Positions 20,068 to 28,922 of a stretch of 43,536 bases of DNA are shown here, one piece after another (position 1 is the first letter of the stretch; every line of letters starts with the position of its first letter). The notes beneath the pieces were generated by a model. It was not told where the DNA came from and did no database searches. It saw only the letters and a list, made by a program, of their open reading frames with translations. The position numbers were made by a program, and so were the translations under genes. This DNA comes from Methanobacteriota archaeon (GTDB lineage: Archaea; Hydrothermarchaeota; Hydrothermarchaeia; Hydrothermarchaeales; JACRDW01), in contig JBDRDL010000020.1 of the NCBI GenBank assembly GCA_043820925.1, positions 1 through 43,536 of the forward strand. The letters are read 5' to 3'.

Positions 20068-20709
20068 GTGATTAGCATGGATATTAACTATGCGGTGTAT
20101 TCCTTCATTGCACTGTTCATAATAGTTGACCCAATCGCAAATATTCCGATTTTCATCTCGATACTCGAGAATTTCGGAGCAAAAAATCGCAAGTCAATGG
20201 TCCAGAAAGCGGTTGTGATTGCAGCAATAGTGCTTATAATCTTTACCCTGCTCGGCAATTACATTTTTCGTTTTTTGGGAATAGAGATGTACTCGTTTCG
20301 AATCGCAGGAGGCATACTGCTCTTCATAATCTCCCTTGAAATGCTGTTTGGGAGGAGGACAAAGACCGAGAGTTCTGCGGAAGAAGAGGACGAAGCAAGT
20401 GCTAGGGAAGATGTTACGATAACTCCCATGGCAGTTCCTCTTTTAACAGGACCGGGAGCAATCACCACTGGAATCGTGCTCTTCAATTCAGCGAAAACTC
20501 TAGCAAACGAAGTAATTCTAATCGCAGATATCCTGCTCGTTTTTCTGATTTCTTACGTCATTCTAACCAAATCAGACTACGTCTTCAAAATTATGGGGCA
20601 GACCGGAACCAGGGTGATAGTCAGGATAATGGGTTTGCTGCTCTCTGCTATAGCGGTGCAGTTCGTGATAACTGGAATCGAGGAAGCTGTTAAGCAGGTT
20701 AGACTATGA
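20068..20709 (+). CDS. MarC-family membrane protein
   Basis: IVDP, FRIAGGILL, PMAVPLLTGPG and RIMGLLL motifs. Confidence 0.93.
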   Translation: MISMDINYAVYSFIALFIIVDPIANIPIFISILENFGAKNRKSMVQKAVVIAAIVLIIFTLLGNYIFRFLGIEMYSFRIAGGILLFIISLEMLFGRRTKTESSAEEEDEASAREDVTITPMAVPLLTGPGAITTGIVLFNSAKTLANEVILIADILLVFLISYVILTKSDYVFKIMGQTGTRVIVRIMGLLLSAIAVQFVITGIEEAVKQVRL

Positions 20710-21617
20710 TGGATGTAATAGGCGTCGGAGCTCTGAACTTGGACAAACTCTACATTGTAGAAAAAATTGCAAGGGGCGGAGAAGAAATTCCCATAATTTC
20801 TCTGAAAGAGAGCCCTGGCGGCAGCGCAGCGAATACTATAGCAGCTCTCGCAAGGCTCGGCGTGAGGGTCGGGTTCATCGGTAAAATTGGCAGCGACAAA
20901 GAAGGTGAGCTTATTCTGAAGGATTTGAAAAAAGAGGGAGTGGACACAAACGGAATACTCAAATCAAAGGGAAGAACAGGAATAATACTCGGTTTCGTGG
21001 ACAGCTCCGGAGAGAGGGCTTTGTATGTATATCCGGGCGTTAACGACGAGCTGCGAATAAATGAATCAAACCTGCGCTATGCGAAGCAGGCAAAATTTCT
21101 CCACCTCTCTTCCTTTGTCGGGGAGCGCTCTTACCATGCACAAAAAGAGCTGCTTGAGAAGCTAAGTAGCGTAAAAATCAGTTTTTCCCCAGGCATGCTC
21201 TATGCCAGAAAATGCCTCAAAGACCTGAAGCAAATAATAGAAAAAAGCTTTGTTATATTTCTCAACGAGGAGGAGATTGAGCTCATAACCGGAAATGAGT
21301 ACAAGAAAGGAGCATCGATGATGCTTGATTTGGGAGCAAAGCTCGTCGTCGTAACCCTTGCACACAAAGGCTGCTTCATCGCTACCTCTAACGAATCGCA
21401 CGAAATAAAGGCTTATCCAGCTAAAGTCATCGACACAACAGGTGCAGGTGATGCCTTTGTAGCAGGATTTTTGTACGGCATCCTGCTGGAAAAAAATTTA
21501 AAAACCTGCGGGAATATTGGAAATAAAATAGCTTCTCTCTGCATAGGCAAAGTCGGCGCAAGAGAAGGTCTGCCCTACAAAAAAGATTTGGAAAATTTCA
21601 TTTCCTCCTTAGAATGA
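20706..21617 (+). CDS. PfkB-family carbohydrate/nucleoside kinase
   Basis: GGSAAN and DTTGAGDAF motifs. Confidence 0.93.
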   Translation: MMDVIGVGALNLDKLYIVEKIARGGEEIPIISLKESPGGSAANTIAALARLGVRVGFIGKIGSDKEGELILKDLKKEGVDTNGILKSKGRTGIILGFVDSSGERALYVYPGVNDELRINESNLRYAKQAKFLHLSSFVGERSYHAQKELLEKLSSVKISFSPGMLYARKCLKDLKQIIEKSFVIFLNEEEIELITGNEYKKGASMMLDLGAKLVVVTLAHKGCFIATSNESHEIKAYPAKVIDTTGAGDAFVAGFLYGILLEKNLKTCGNIGNKIASLCIGKVGAREGLPYKKDLENFISSLE

Positions 21618-21753
21618 TGTCCTCTTTTCTGGCAGCTGCTTCCGAGCCGAGTACAGCGTCTATTTCGTCGCCCTCTTTCCATTTCGTAACTCTGATTAAA
21701 TCCTCGGGCAGCAGGATGAAATATTCTCCCTGCATAGTTTTGCGCAACTTCAT
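21598..21753 (-). CDS. Small AbrB/MazE-like DNA-binding protein
   Basis: MKLRKT..GEYFILLPEDLIR..KWKEGDEI pattern; ATG at 21753. Confidence 0.65.
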   Translation of the reverse strand: MKLRKTMQGEYFILLPEDLIRVTKWKEGDEIDAVLGSEAAARKEDIILRRK

Positions 21754-21822
21754 GCTCTCTCGTTTGAGGCAGAAAGCATAAAAACTTTGCTCTAGTGAAA
21801 TGTAATGGAACTGGTACCACAC

Positions 21823-21896
21823 GGGCCTGTAGTATAGTCTGGATATCACAGGGGCCTTCGGAGCCCTTAACCCGGGTTCAAATCCCGGCAGGCCCG
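21823..21896 (+). tRNA. tRNA-Arg(TCG)
   Basis: Acceptor stem GGGCCTG/CAGGCCC, anticodon loop CTTCGGA, GGTTCAAATCC T-arm. Confidence 0.95.
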
Positions 21897-21900
21897 TTTT

Positions 21901-22143
21901 GTCACCCTCGCCTGAACTTCGACTTCGAATTCCGCAATAGCGAAGCTAGTGCACAAGTCTTGCGCTCTTCCGCTAGGAAGATGGCGCATATGCCAGCTTT
22001 CTAACGAAATCTTGCTTACGCAAAGGAAGCTGGCGTGTTCGCCATTCTTTCTTGCGAAAGCTTGTTCAGGCTCGCTTCGATGGCAATCGGTAGCACGAGC
22101 GACGCCTCGCAAGCGAGTGCTCGACACCGAAACTATGTGCTAT
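21901..22143. repeat. Palindromic mini-element cluster downstream of tRNA-Arg (A at 21968-22009 inside a B-like element)
   Basis: TTCCGCTAGGAAGATGG...CCAGCTTTCTAACGAAA followed by TCTTGCTTACGCAA; GAAACTATGTGCTAT shared with 34135-34149. Confidence 0.8.
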
Positions 22144-22212
22144 TTTTATTGCCTGCCACTTTTTTTCCCATAATTATAAATAATAATCATGTTAAATTAC
22201 AAGCTGGTTTGT

Positions 22213-22653
22213 ATGATAAAGGTAACCTTAATCACCGGGCGGAGCATAAACCAAGGCGAGGCGATTGAAGCAGGAAAGGAGCTGGATATATATACAAATT
22301 CAGCAGGAGTTTGCGAACTTGACCCAGCGGACATGGAAAAGCTGGGAGCAAGCGAGGGTGATACCCTGAGAGTTTCAACTTTTAGTGGTGAGGTTTTCGT
22401 AAAAGCAGTCAAGTCAAGGCAGTATCCACACGAGGGAATTGCGTTCATTCCGATGGGACCATGGGCAAATGCTGTTGTCGATTTCGATACCTCTTCGACT
22501 GGCATGCCTTCTTTTAAGGGCATAGCTGCGAAAATCGAATTAACCAGGGACGAAAAGGTTCTGAGCGCTAGGGAGCTTGTAAGAGAGAGATACCTGAAGT
22601 TTAAGATGAGCGGCGGTCAAGACACTCGCTCTGTAAGAGTGAGATTTCGATAG
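22213..22653 (+). CDS. fwdD: Formylmethanofuran dehydrogenase subunit D (C-terminus runs into a repeat)
   Basis: TGRSINQG, FIPMGPWAN and TGMPSFKG motifs. Confidence 0.93.
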   Translation: MIKVTLITGRSINQGEAIEAGKELDIYTNSAGVCELDPADMEKLGASEGDTLRVSTFSGEVFVKAVKSRQYPHEGIAFIPMGPWANAVVDFDTSSTGMPSFKGIAAKIELTRDEKVLSARELVRERYLKFKMSGGQDTRSVRVRFR

Positions 22654-22809
22654 AAAGATGACGTGTTTACCATCTTCCTGACGGAATGGCATGAGCGTCG
22701 CTCGTGTGCTCGTTCCTGCGGAACGAGACACGAGGAGAAACACGGGTCTCGGCACTAGGAGCAACGAGAGTAGCGAGTTGCGACGACGTGCTGAGAGGTG
22801 GATTCAAAA
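22616..22809. repeat. Nested palindromic cluster between fwdD and fwdA
   Basis: GGTCAAGAC module, family A at 22645-22686, GCATGAGCGTCGCTC and CTCGTTCCTGCGGAACGAG hairpins, GGTCTCGGCAC...GTGCTGAGA, GTGGATTCAAA. Confidence 0.82.
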
Positions 22810-24497
22810 TGAGCATAATTTTGAAGAATGGCACGGTTTATGACCCGCTCAACAATATAAAGGGGGAAAAGAAGGACATCTTGATAGAAGGTAACAGGAT
22901 AGCTGATAAAGTAAAAGAGAGAAAAGCGACGATTATTGACTGCTCGAATAAAGTTGTGATGCCAGGCGGAATAGATATTCATGCTCACGTTGCAGGAGGA
23001 AAGGTCAATGTAGGGCGCTGCTTGAGACCAGAAGACCATGTTAAATCTGTGCTGTCTAAAACTGCAATCACCAGGTCAGGCTCTGGATTTTCCACCCCCT
23101 CAACATTTATGACAGGCTATTTATTTTCTAAAATGGGCTACACCACAGTATTTACTCCTGCAATGCCTCCTCTGATGGCTCGCCACACTCATGAAGAACT
23201 GCATGATATTCCGATGGTGGACAAAGCATCCTACACTTTATGCGACGGCAACTGGTTCATATTCAAGTACCTCAAAAACGGCGACGTAGAGAAATGCGCA
23301 GCCTACGTTGCGTGGCTGCTCAAGGCTACAAAGGGCTTTGTTATCAAAGTAGTTAATCCAGGCGGCACAGAAGCATGGGGCTGGGGAAGGGACTGCCGCA
23401 ACTTGGACGACGCAGTGCCTTACTTCGATATTTCTCCGAGAGAGCTGATTAAGGGTCTAGTAGAAGTGAATGAGCTCCTTCACCTGCCGCACAGCGTGCA
23501 CCTGCACGCAAACAATCTTGGTAGACCAGGAAACTATGCAACGACTCTGGAGACTTTCAAAATCCCAAAAGGAACAGCAAACGACAGGCAAATCCTTCAG
23601 GTAACGCATGCGCAGTTCAATTCTTACGGAGGTGATTCCTGGAAGAATTTCGAGTCCAAGGCAGATGCGATAGCTAAAGCAATAAACCAGAGCGACAGCG
23701 TGATAATCGATGCAGGCAACGTAACTCTTGATGAGACCACAACAATGACCGCAGACGGTCCTCTGGAGTACTATCTTCACTCTCTTTCGCACTTAAAATG
23801 GGCGAACAGGAATATAGAGATGGAGACTGCGCCTGGAGTAACGCCCTTTATATTTTCGCCGAAAGCAGCCGTCGCCTCGATACAGTGGGCGATTGGACTG
23901 GAGCTGGAGCTGCTGATAAAAGACCCGTGGAAAGTCTTGCTGACTACTGACCATCCAAATGGTGGACCCTTTATTCGATACCCAAGAATCATTGCATGGC
24001 TCATGAGCAGAAAGTACAGAGAAAAAACTATCTCAGAAGTAAACAAGGCAGTAAATGAGCGGAGCATAATTCCTGCGATTGAAAGAGAGTACGGCCTCTA
24101 TGAAATAGCTGTAATAACGAGAGCCGGGCAGGCAAAGGCTCTCGGAATATCCAAGGAGAAGGGTCATCTAGGAGCAGGTGCTCATGCAGATGTAGCAGTC
24201 TATGACATCGACGCATCACAGCTAAATGGTAACTACGAGGAAATTGAGAAAAAATTCTCAAGTGCAGCATACACAATTAAAGACGGTGAAATCGTGGTTA
24301 AAAATGGGGAAATTGTCAGAGCGGTAAATGGAAGAACTTACTGGGTCAGCCCGCAGATTGATGAAGAATTTGAGAAAGAAGTAATGAAGGATATTGAATA
24401 CAACTTCAAAAGATATTATTCTGTAAATCTGGCAAACTATCCTGTTGGAGAGGAATACCTGACTATGCCAACGAAAGTAGTGACAAACGCAAGGTGA
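22809..24497 (+). CDS. fwdA: Formylmethanofuran dehydrogenase subunit A
   Basis: MSIILKNGTVYDP, DIHAHVAG, KVVNPGG and TTDHPNGGPF motifs. Confidence 0.96.
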   Translation: MSIILKNGTVYDPLNNIKGEKKDILIEGNRIADKVKERKATIIDCSNKVVMPGGIDIHAHVAGGKVNVGRCLRPEDHVKSVLSKTAITRSGSGFSTPSTFMTGYLFSKMGYTTVFTPAMPPLMARHTHEELHDIPMVDKASYTLCDGNWFIFKYLKNGDVEKCAAYVAWLLKATKGFVIKVVNPGGTEAWGWGRDCRNLDDAVPYFDISPRELIKGLVEVNELLHLPHSVHLHANNLGRPGNYATTLETFKIPKGTANDRQILQVTHAQFNSYGGDSWKNFESKADAIAKAINQSDSVIIDAGNVTLDETTTMTADGPLEYYLHSLSHLKWANRNIEMETAPGVTPFIFSPKAAVASIQWAIGLELELLIKDPWKVLLTTDHPNGGPFIRYPRIIAWLMSRKYREKTISEVNKAVNERSIIPAIEREYGLYEIAVITRAGQAKALGISKEKGHLGAGAHADVAVYDIDASQLNGNYEEIEKKFSSAAYTIKDGEIVVKNGEIVRAVNGRTYWVSPQIDEEFEKEVMKDIEYNFKRYYSVNLANYPVGEEYLTMPTKVVTNAR

Positions 24498-24501
24498 AGG
24501 C

Positions 24502-25290
24502 ATGAAAGAAATTATACTAACGCCCAAGGAGCAGCCAAGTATTTGGCTCGAGGCAGAAGTTATTAAACCTGATATTTTTGCAGGCAAAGAACTCAAAGAC
24601 ATCGAGGCTCTTGAAATTTTCTATGGAAATAAAAAAGTCATGCTCGGAGATTTCTTCGAGGTCTCGGGCTCTGCTTCAGATAAAGCTGGAGATATAAGAA
24701 TCATAATCGCTGGCGATGTTTCACGGACGAAGAGAATCGGAGAAGAGATGAGCGCTGGAGAAATTCTAATCAAGGGAAGCGCTGACATGTATGTCGGGGC
24801 GAGAATGAAGGGGGGGAAGATAATCATCGAGGGCAACGCTGACGCATTTGCAGGTCAGCAGCTTGCAGGCGGAGAGCTAATAATAAAGGGAAATGCAGGC
24901 AACTACCTGGGCTCTTCCTATCGCGGCGACTGGAGAGGAATGAAGGGCGGAGTAATAATAGTCGAGGGAAACGCAGGAAGCGAGATTGCAGAGTTCATGC
25001 TCGGCGGCAGGATGCGCATCAAAGGTAGCGTCGGCGCATTCGCAGGGCTTCACATGAAGAAGGGCTCGATAGTAATCGACGGCAATGCTGTTGGGAGAGT
25101 TGGAGCTCAGATGACAGGCGGGAGCATAGTGGTTAATGGCAAAGTCGGAAGCCTGCTGCCCGGATTCAAACTCGAAAAAAAAGAAAAAGACATCAAAATC
25201 GATGGAGAAGAATTCAAAGGCACTTATTCAAAATATACCGGAGACCATGCAGAGAGGGAAGCAAGCGGAGTGTTGTACGTAAAGGAGTGA
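24502..25290 (+). CDS. fwdC: Formylmethanofuran dehydrogenase subunit C
   Basis: GXGXG beta-helix repeats; YRGDWRGMKGG. Confidence 0.96.
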   Translation: MKEIILTPKEQPSIWLEAEVIKPDIFAGKELKDIEALEIFYGNKKVMLGDFFEVSGSASDKAGDIRIIIAGDVSRTKRIGEEMSAGEILIKGSADMYVGARMKGGKIIIEGNADAFAGQQLAGGELIIKGNAGNYLGSSYRGDWRGMKGGVIIVEGNAGSEIAEFMLGGRMRIKGSVGAFAGLHMKKGSIVIDGNAVGRVGAQMTGGSIVVNGKVGSLLPGFKLEKKEKDIKIDGEEFKGTYSKYTGDHAEREASGVLYVKE

Positions 25291-25313
25291 AACTCCTGCA
25301 CCGCTATTAAGCT

Positions 25314-25333
25314 GCAAAAGGATTTTTATATTC
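25314..25333 (+). promoter_or_regulatory. BRE-TATA promoter, repeated at 26482-26501
   Basis: AAAAGGATTTTTATATTCT occurs upstream of the ORFs starting at 25362 and 26519. Confidence 0.6.
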
Positions 25334-25361
25334 TGGGGGGGATTTTTAAAACGGTGGTTGA

Positions 25362-25799
25362 TTGGAGAGAGTTTACCTCGACACTTGTGTGTGGTGCAGA
25401 CTGTTTGATGTTCTTGACCATAAAAAAATTAGAGACGAATTTAGAGCTGTCAGCAAGTTAATAGATGCTGCAAGGGAGGGGAAAATTTCCGTAGTAAAGT
25501 CAGAGGTAATTTTCTATGAAATATCGAAGATTGAAACTGAGGAGAGAAACACCGTTGAAAAACTGGTAGATGAAATAGCTGCCGAAGAAATTAAAACAAC
25601 TGGAAAAACTAAGAAAATTTATGAAAACATTGCCGAGGAGTGCGGTTTGAAGGCAGTTGATGCCCTGCACATCGCACTTGCGATTGAAAATAAAATTGAC
25701 GTTTTTCTCACCACAGACGACGAGATTTTAAATAGAAGAAGATGCGTAGAGAAACACGGAATTGTCGTTAAAAATCCGACAGAGTATGAGGTTGAATAA
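25362..25799 (+). CDS. PIN-domain (VapC-like) toxin
   Basis: VYLDTCV, E, DALHIA and FLTTD acidic PIN motifs. Confidence 0.9.
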   Translation: MERVYLDTCVWCRLFDVLDHKKIRDEFRAVSKLIDAAREGKISVVKSEVIFYEISKIETEERNTVEKLVDEIAAEEIKTTGKTKKIYENIAEECGLKAVDALHIALAIENKIDVFLTTDDEILNRRRCVEKHGIVVKNPTEYEVE

Positions 25800-26009
25800 A
25801 TGGTCACCGAAGTAAAGGCTGTACAAAAAGCGCTGGGAATTTTGAAGAAAGAGCTTTCCACTGATGAGTACATAGAATTTCTAAGAGCAATAACGCCCAA
25901 ATTCAAGGTAGATTCCACCAAACTGCTAAGAGAACTCACCAAGGACCTTACGATGGACGAAGTTTTTAAAGAAGTCCAGAAAAGGGAAAATGCCAAGAGC
26001 AGGGGTTAA
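25800..26009 (+). CDS. Putative antitoxin downstream of the PIN toxin
   Basis: 69-aa helical ORF abutting the PIN gene. Confidence 0.6.
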   Translation: MVTEVKAVQKALGILKKELSTDEYIEFLRAITPKFKVDSTKLLRELTKDLTMDEVFKEVQKRENAKSRG

Positions 26010-26060
26010 TCTTTGGGCGGCGTTCGAGGGGAAGGGCTGAAAATAAGCGGAGGAAATGAA

Positions 26061-26315
26061 ATGGAAGAAATTGTCCCCATCTGCCCTGTCTGCGGCGGAA
26101 AGGTAACCGTTAAAGAAGTCGAAAAGATTGTAAAGGGCGGAAGCAACGTTGCGATTCTTAAAGTCAAAGCAGGAGTATGCTCCAAGTGCGGTGAAAGAAT
26201 TTACTCGAAAGACACGCACGAGAAAATTCAGAAGATAAGAAAGGAGCTCGAGCTCGGCGAGACCAAAAACTTCGAAGCCGTGGGGCGCGCCTATAGATAC
26301 AGGGTTACTGCCTAA
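26061..26315 (+). CDS. YgiT-type zinc-finger protein (MqsA-like antitoxin domain)
   Basis: CPVCGG...VCSKCGE; GGAGG RBS before ATG 26061. Confidence 0.85.
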   Translation: MEEIVPICPVCGGKVTVKEVEKIVKGGSNVAILKVKAGVCSKCGERIYSKDTHEKIQKIRKELELGETKNFEAVGRAYRYRVTA

Positions 26316-26518
26316 GCAAGAAGGATTTTTCTCAAGGTCTGGAAACCGTAGCGTGGATTTGAGCGAGGTGGTGTTTGAGGGAGGGCGGTGGGAGCGAGGG
26401 TGATAACGGAAGGCAAGGACTGATGAGCGCGCCGAGTTATCAGCCGAAGTGAGGGTTGAGAATTACTTTTCGCACGCTAGGGAAAAGGATTTTTATATTC
26501 TAAACTAAAGGTAATACC

Positions 26519-26659
26519 ATGGGAGAAGTGGAGGAATTAAATAAAATCCTTGAAGAAGCTAAATGCTTGAATGAGGACAAGATAAACGAGCGAGTTTACA
26601 GGTTGTACGGATTGGATGCGAACGACGTGAAGGTGATTGAGCAAGTTTTAAATCGTTAA
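26519..26659 (+). pseudogene. 46-aa chimeric ORF ending in an RM-enzyme tail remnant (tail 1)
   Basis: MGEVEELNKILEEAKCLNEDK-INERVYRLYGLDANDVKVIEQVLNR*. Confidence 0.7.
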
Positions 26660-26688
26660 TGTTGCAGATGTAGGCAAGGGTGAACAAG

Positions 26689-26889
26689 ATGGGCGATGTT
26701 GTGACCATACCTAAGCGGGAGTACGAGTTCTTGGTGAAGTGCAAGACCATACTTGAGCTGGAGAGGGACGAGGAGTTTGCTCCCGAATTTTTGGAAAAAT
26801 TGAAGAGGGCGGAAGGCAGCATCAAAGCCGGAAAGGGAAAGACTTTCAAGACCAGCGAAGAAGTCGAAAAGTATCTAAGGTCGCTTTAA
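26689..26889 (+). CDS. Putative antitoxin
   Basis: Small ORF directly upstream of a RelE-like gene. Confidence 0.7.
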   Translation: MGDVVTIPKREYEFLVKCKTILELERDEEFAPEFLEKLKRAEGSIKAGKGKTFKTSEEVEKYLRSL

Positions 26890-27156
26890 ATGCCGCACGC
26901 CTGCGTTTTTTCTCCGGAGCTTGAAAGCGCTCTCAAAAAATTAAAGAAAAAAGACCCAGTTTTATACGAAAGGTTTACCAAGAAAATTTTGCAAATCGCA
27001 GAAAAGCCGGAGCTTTACAAAACGCTGACACACGTAGGAGGGAAATACAGAAGGGTTCACATAAATCCTTTTGTGCTTGTGTTTACGATAGAGGGAGAAA
27101 CTATCAATTTCTTGTATCTTGAGCACCACGACAAAGCTTATAGGCGGCTGAGATAA
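26890..27156 (+). CDS. RelE/ParE/YafQ-family toxin
   Basis: RRVHI..FVLVF...LEHHDKAY motif. Confidence 0.85.
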   Translation: MPHACVFSPELESALKKLKKKDPVLYERFTKKILQIAEKPELYKTLTHVGGKYRRVHINPFVLVFTIEGETINFLYLEHHDKAYRRLR

Positions 27157-27162
27157 TAATCG

Positions 27163-27255
27163 TTGATTGATAAGATTGTTTACAAGCTCTACGGCTTGAC
27201 CGAAGACGAGATAAAACTCGTGGAAGGTACGAAGCGAATATATTTAAATCGTTAA
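27163..27255 (+). pseudogene. RM-enzyme C-terminal tail remnant (tail 2)
   Basis: Translates LIDKIVYKLYGLTEDEIKLVEGTKRIYLNR*. Confidence 0.8.
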
Positions 27256-27272
27256 AAATGTAAGGTAATGGT

Positions 27273-27461
27273 ATGATAACGATAAAGGCAAGGGTGAATG
27301 AAAAGGGCGAGGTCAGGCTGCCCAAATTAGATATTTTTCGGGGAAAGAAAGTGAGCATAATCATCGCCGCAGAAGACGAATTTCTCGACCTTGTAAAAGC
27401 CTCTGAGAGTTCCTTTGGGTTCTGGGAGAACGAAGTTGATGAAGCCTGGAACACCGCTTAG
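27273..27461 (+). CDS. Putative antitoxin
   Basis: 62 aa; acidic FWENEVDEAW end overlaps the MazF-like gene. Confidence 0.7.
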   Translation: MITIKARVNEKGEVRLPKLDIFRGKKVSIIIAAEDEFLDLVKASESSFGFWENEVDEAWNTA

Positions 27462-27801
27462 GCAAAGAGATTTAATTCTGCTCCCGATTCCTTTTACGGA
27501 TTTGACTTCTAATAAAAGACGTCCAGCAATAGTAATTTCAAACGACGAATACAACCACAAAACTCAGGACGCGATAGTCGTTGGGGTAACATCTAACATA
27601 CAAAGAAAAGAATATTCCGTGCTATTGAGAAAAGAGAGTATGGAAGAAGGCGAGCTTTTGCAGGAGAGCGAAATAAGAGCCGACAAGATTTACTCTATAA
27701 GTCAGGGGATTATTGTAAAGAGATTTGGCAGAATTAAGGAGGATGTCTTCAGAGAGGTAGTAAAGAAAATAGATGCCCTAATTGAAGCTAGGGGTGTTTA
27801 A
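27439..27801 (+). CDS. MazF/PemK-family toxin
   Basis: PFTDL..KRRPAIVIS, VTSN and SEIRADKI motifs. Confidence 0.9.
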   Translation: MKPGTPLRQRDLILLPIPFTDLTSNKRRPAIVISNDEYNHKTQDAIVVGVTSNIQRKEYSVLLRKESMEEGELLQESEIRADKIYSISQGIIVKRFGRIKEDVFREVVKKIDALIEARGV

Positions 27802-27807
27802 ATTCGC

Positions 27808-27867
27808 AAGCTCTACGGACTCGCCGAAGACGAGATAAAACTCATGGAAGGTGCTGAATGACGGCTC
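27808..27867 (+). pseudogene. RM-enzyme tail remnant (tail 3), containing the first 32-bp direct repeat
   Basis: KLYGLAEDEIKLMEGAE*; 27836-27867 is identical to 29316-29347. Confidence 0.8.
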
Positions 27868-27941
27868 GGCCGGCTCGCCACGATGCGCTTCTTGATGTAA
27901 GATTTAAATATGTTAAAGTTTCAGTAATGATTAGGTGACCT

Positions 27942-28106
27942 ATGACCGAAGCTGTGCTGAAAAGACTGGAAAAGAAGGTAGATGCGATTTCCGAGTTTCT
28001 TGAAGATGTTTACCTTACCAAGGAAGAGGAAGAGCGCCTGAGAAAAGCTGACGAAATAGTAAGGAAAGACAGGTTGAAGGAGCTTACCGAAACGACGCTT
28101 CTCTAA
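27942..28106 (+). CDS. Putative antitoxin (54 aa, not in the ORF track)
   Basis: AGGTGA RBS; MTEAVLKRLEKKVDAISEFLEDVYLTKEEEERLRKADEIVRKDRLKELTETTLL*. Confidence 0.7.
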   Translation: MTEAVLKRLEKKVDAISEFLEDVYLTKEEEERLRKADEIVRKDRLKELTETTLL

Positions 28107-28154
28107 AATCAAATGAAAAGTGAATTATATAAGTGCCGAATAGAAAGTGGTTTG

Positions 28155-28445
28155 ATGTTTAGCGTTTATCTGCTAAAAGAGGCTGAAAAAGAACTAAATG
28201 CATTGCCTGCAAAAATTCAAAACAGAGTCAGAGAACAAATCAAATCATTGGCTAATTTTCCCGGAGTTAGAAATTGCATAAAAATCGTTGGATACCAAGA
28301 TACTTTCAGATTGAGGGTTGGGGAATACCGCGCATTGTTCAAGGTTTATAGTGATAAGAAAGTTATAGTGGTCACAGAAATAGGGCACAGGGGGCAGGAT
28401 TTACAAAAAATTCTGAAGAGCTTGAGGAGGGTAAGGCGAGGCTGA
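28155..28445 (+). CDS. RelE-family toxin, probably frameshifted near the C-terminus
   Basis: FRLRVGEYRALF and IGHR motifs; G5 run at 28390-28394. Confidence 0.85.
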   Translation: MFSVYLLKEAEKELNALPAKIQNRVREQIKSLANFPGVRNCIKIVGYQDTFRLRVGEYRALFKVYSDKKVIVVTEIGHRGQDLQKILKSLRRVRRG

Positions 28446-28558
28446 AGGAGAAGCCGATTGCGGAGTTGGAAGAGGAAATCAATGGGAGAGTTTATAAGTT
28501 GTACGGGCTGGATGAGAATGACGTGAAAGTGATTGAGGAGTTCTTGGAGAGGTTCTGA
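28418..28558 (+). pseudogene. RM-enzyme tail remnant (tail 4)
   Basis: ELEEGKARLKEKPIAELEEEINGRVYKLYGLDENDVKVIEEFLERF*. Confidence 0.8.
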
Positions 28559-28655
28559 TTATAACGGGCTCGCTCCCTCCACTTCTCAATTTTCAATTAC
28601 ATTTGTGGACGGTAAGTTGTGTAGGAATAGTAAGAAAAGTAAGGAGTGTGCTAAG

Positions 28656-28922
28656 ATGGAAGTTGAGGTTGCGAGGGTATCGTCAAAGGGACAGGTTGTT
28701 ATCCCAAGCAGCATAAGGGAGCAGTTGGGTATAAAGCCTTCAGACAGGTTCTTGGTATTTGGGAGAGAAGATACGATTGTATTCAAAAAAATAAGTGCGC
28801 CTGCAATAAAGAAAAGCTTCGAGGAGATAACCGCCCCGCTTGCGAAGAGAGCCAGAGAACTTGGAATCACTGAAGAGAAGGTAGGGGAGATTGTCCGCAA
28901 ATTTAGAAAGGACAAAAGATGA
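28656..28922 (+). CDS. AbrB/MazE-family antitoxin
   Basis: VSSKGQVVIPSSIREQLGI motif; GGAG RBS before ATG 28656. Confidence 0.9.
   Translation: MEVEVARVSSKGQVVIPSSIREQLGIKPSDRFLVFGREDTIVFKKISAPAIKKSFEEITAPLAKRARELGITEEKVGEIVRKFRKDKR

Noticed and set aside
22704..22808. N-terminal extension of FwdA in the ORF track (likewise 41038-41073 for AroB')
   Set aside because: The extensions are repeat-derived; the ATGs at 22809 and 41037 have RBSs and match family N-termini.
22213..25290. fwdB missing from fwdDAC
   Set aside because: fwdB is encoded separately in several archaea, so its absence from this window is not informative.
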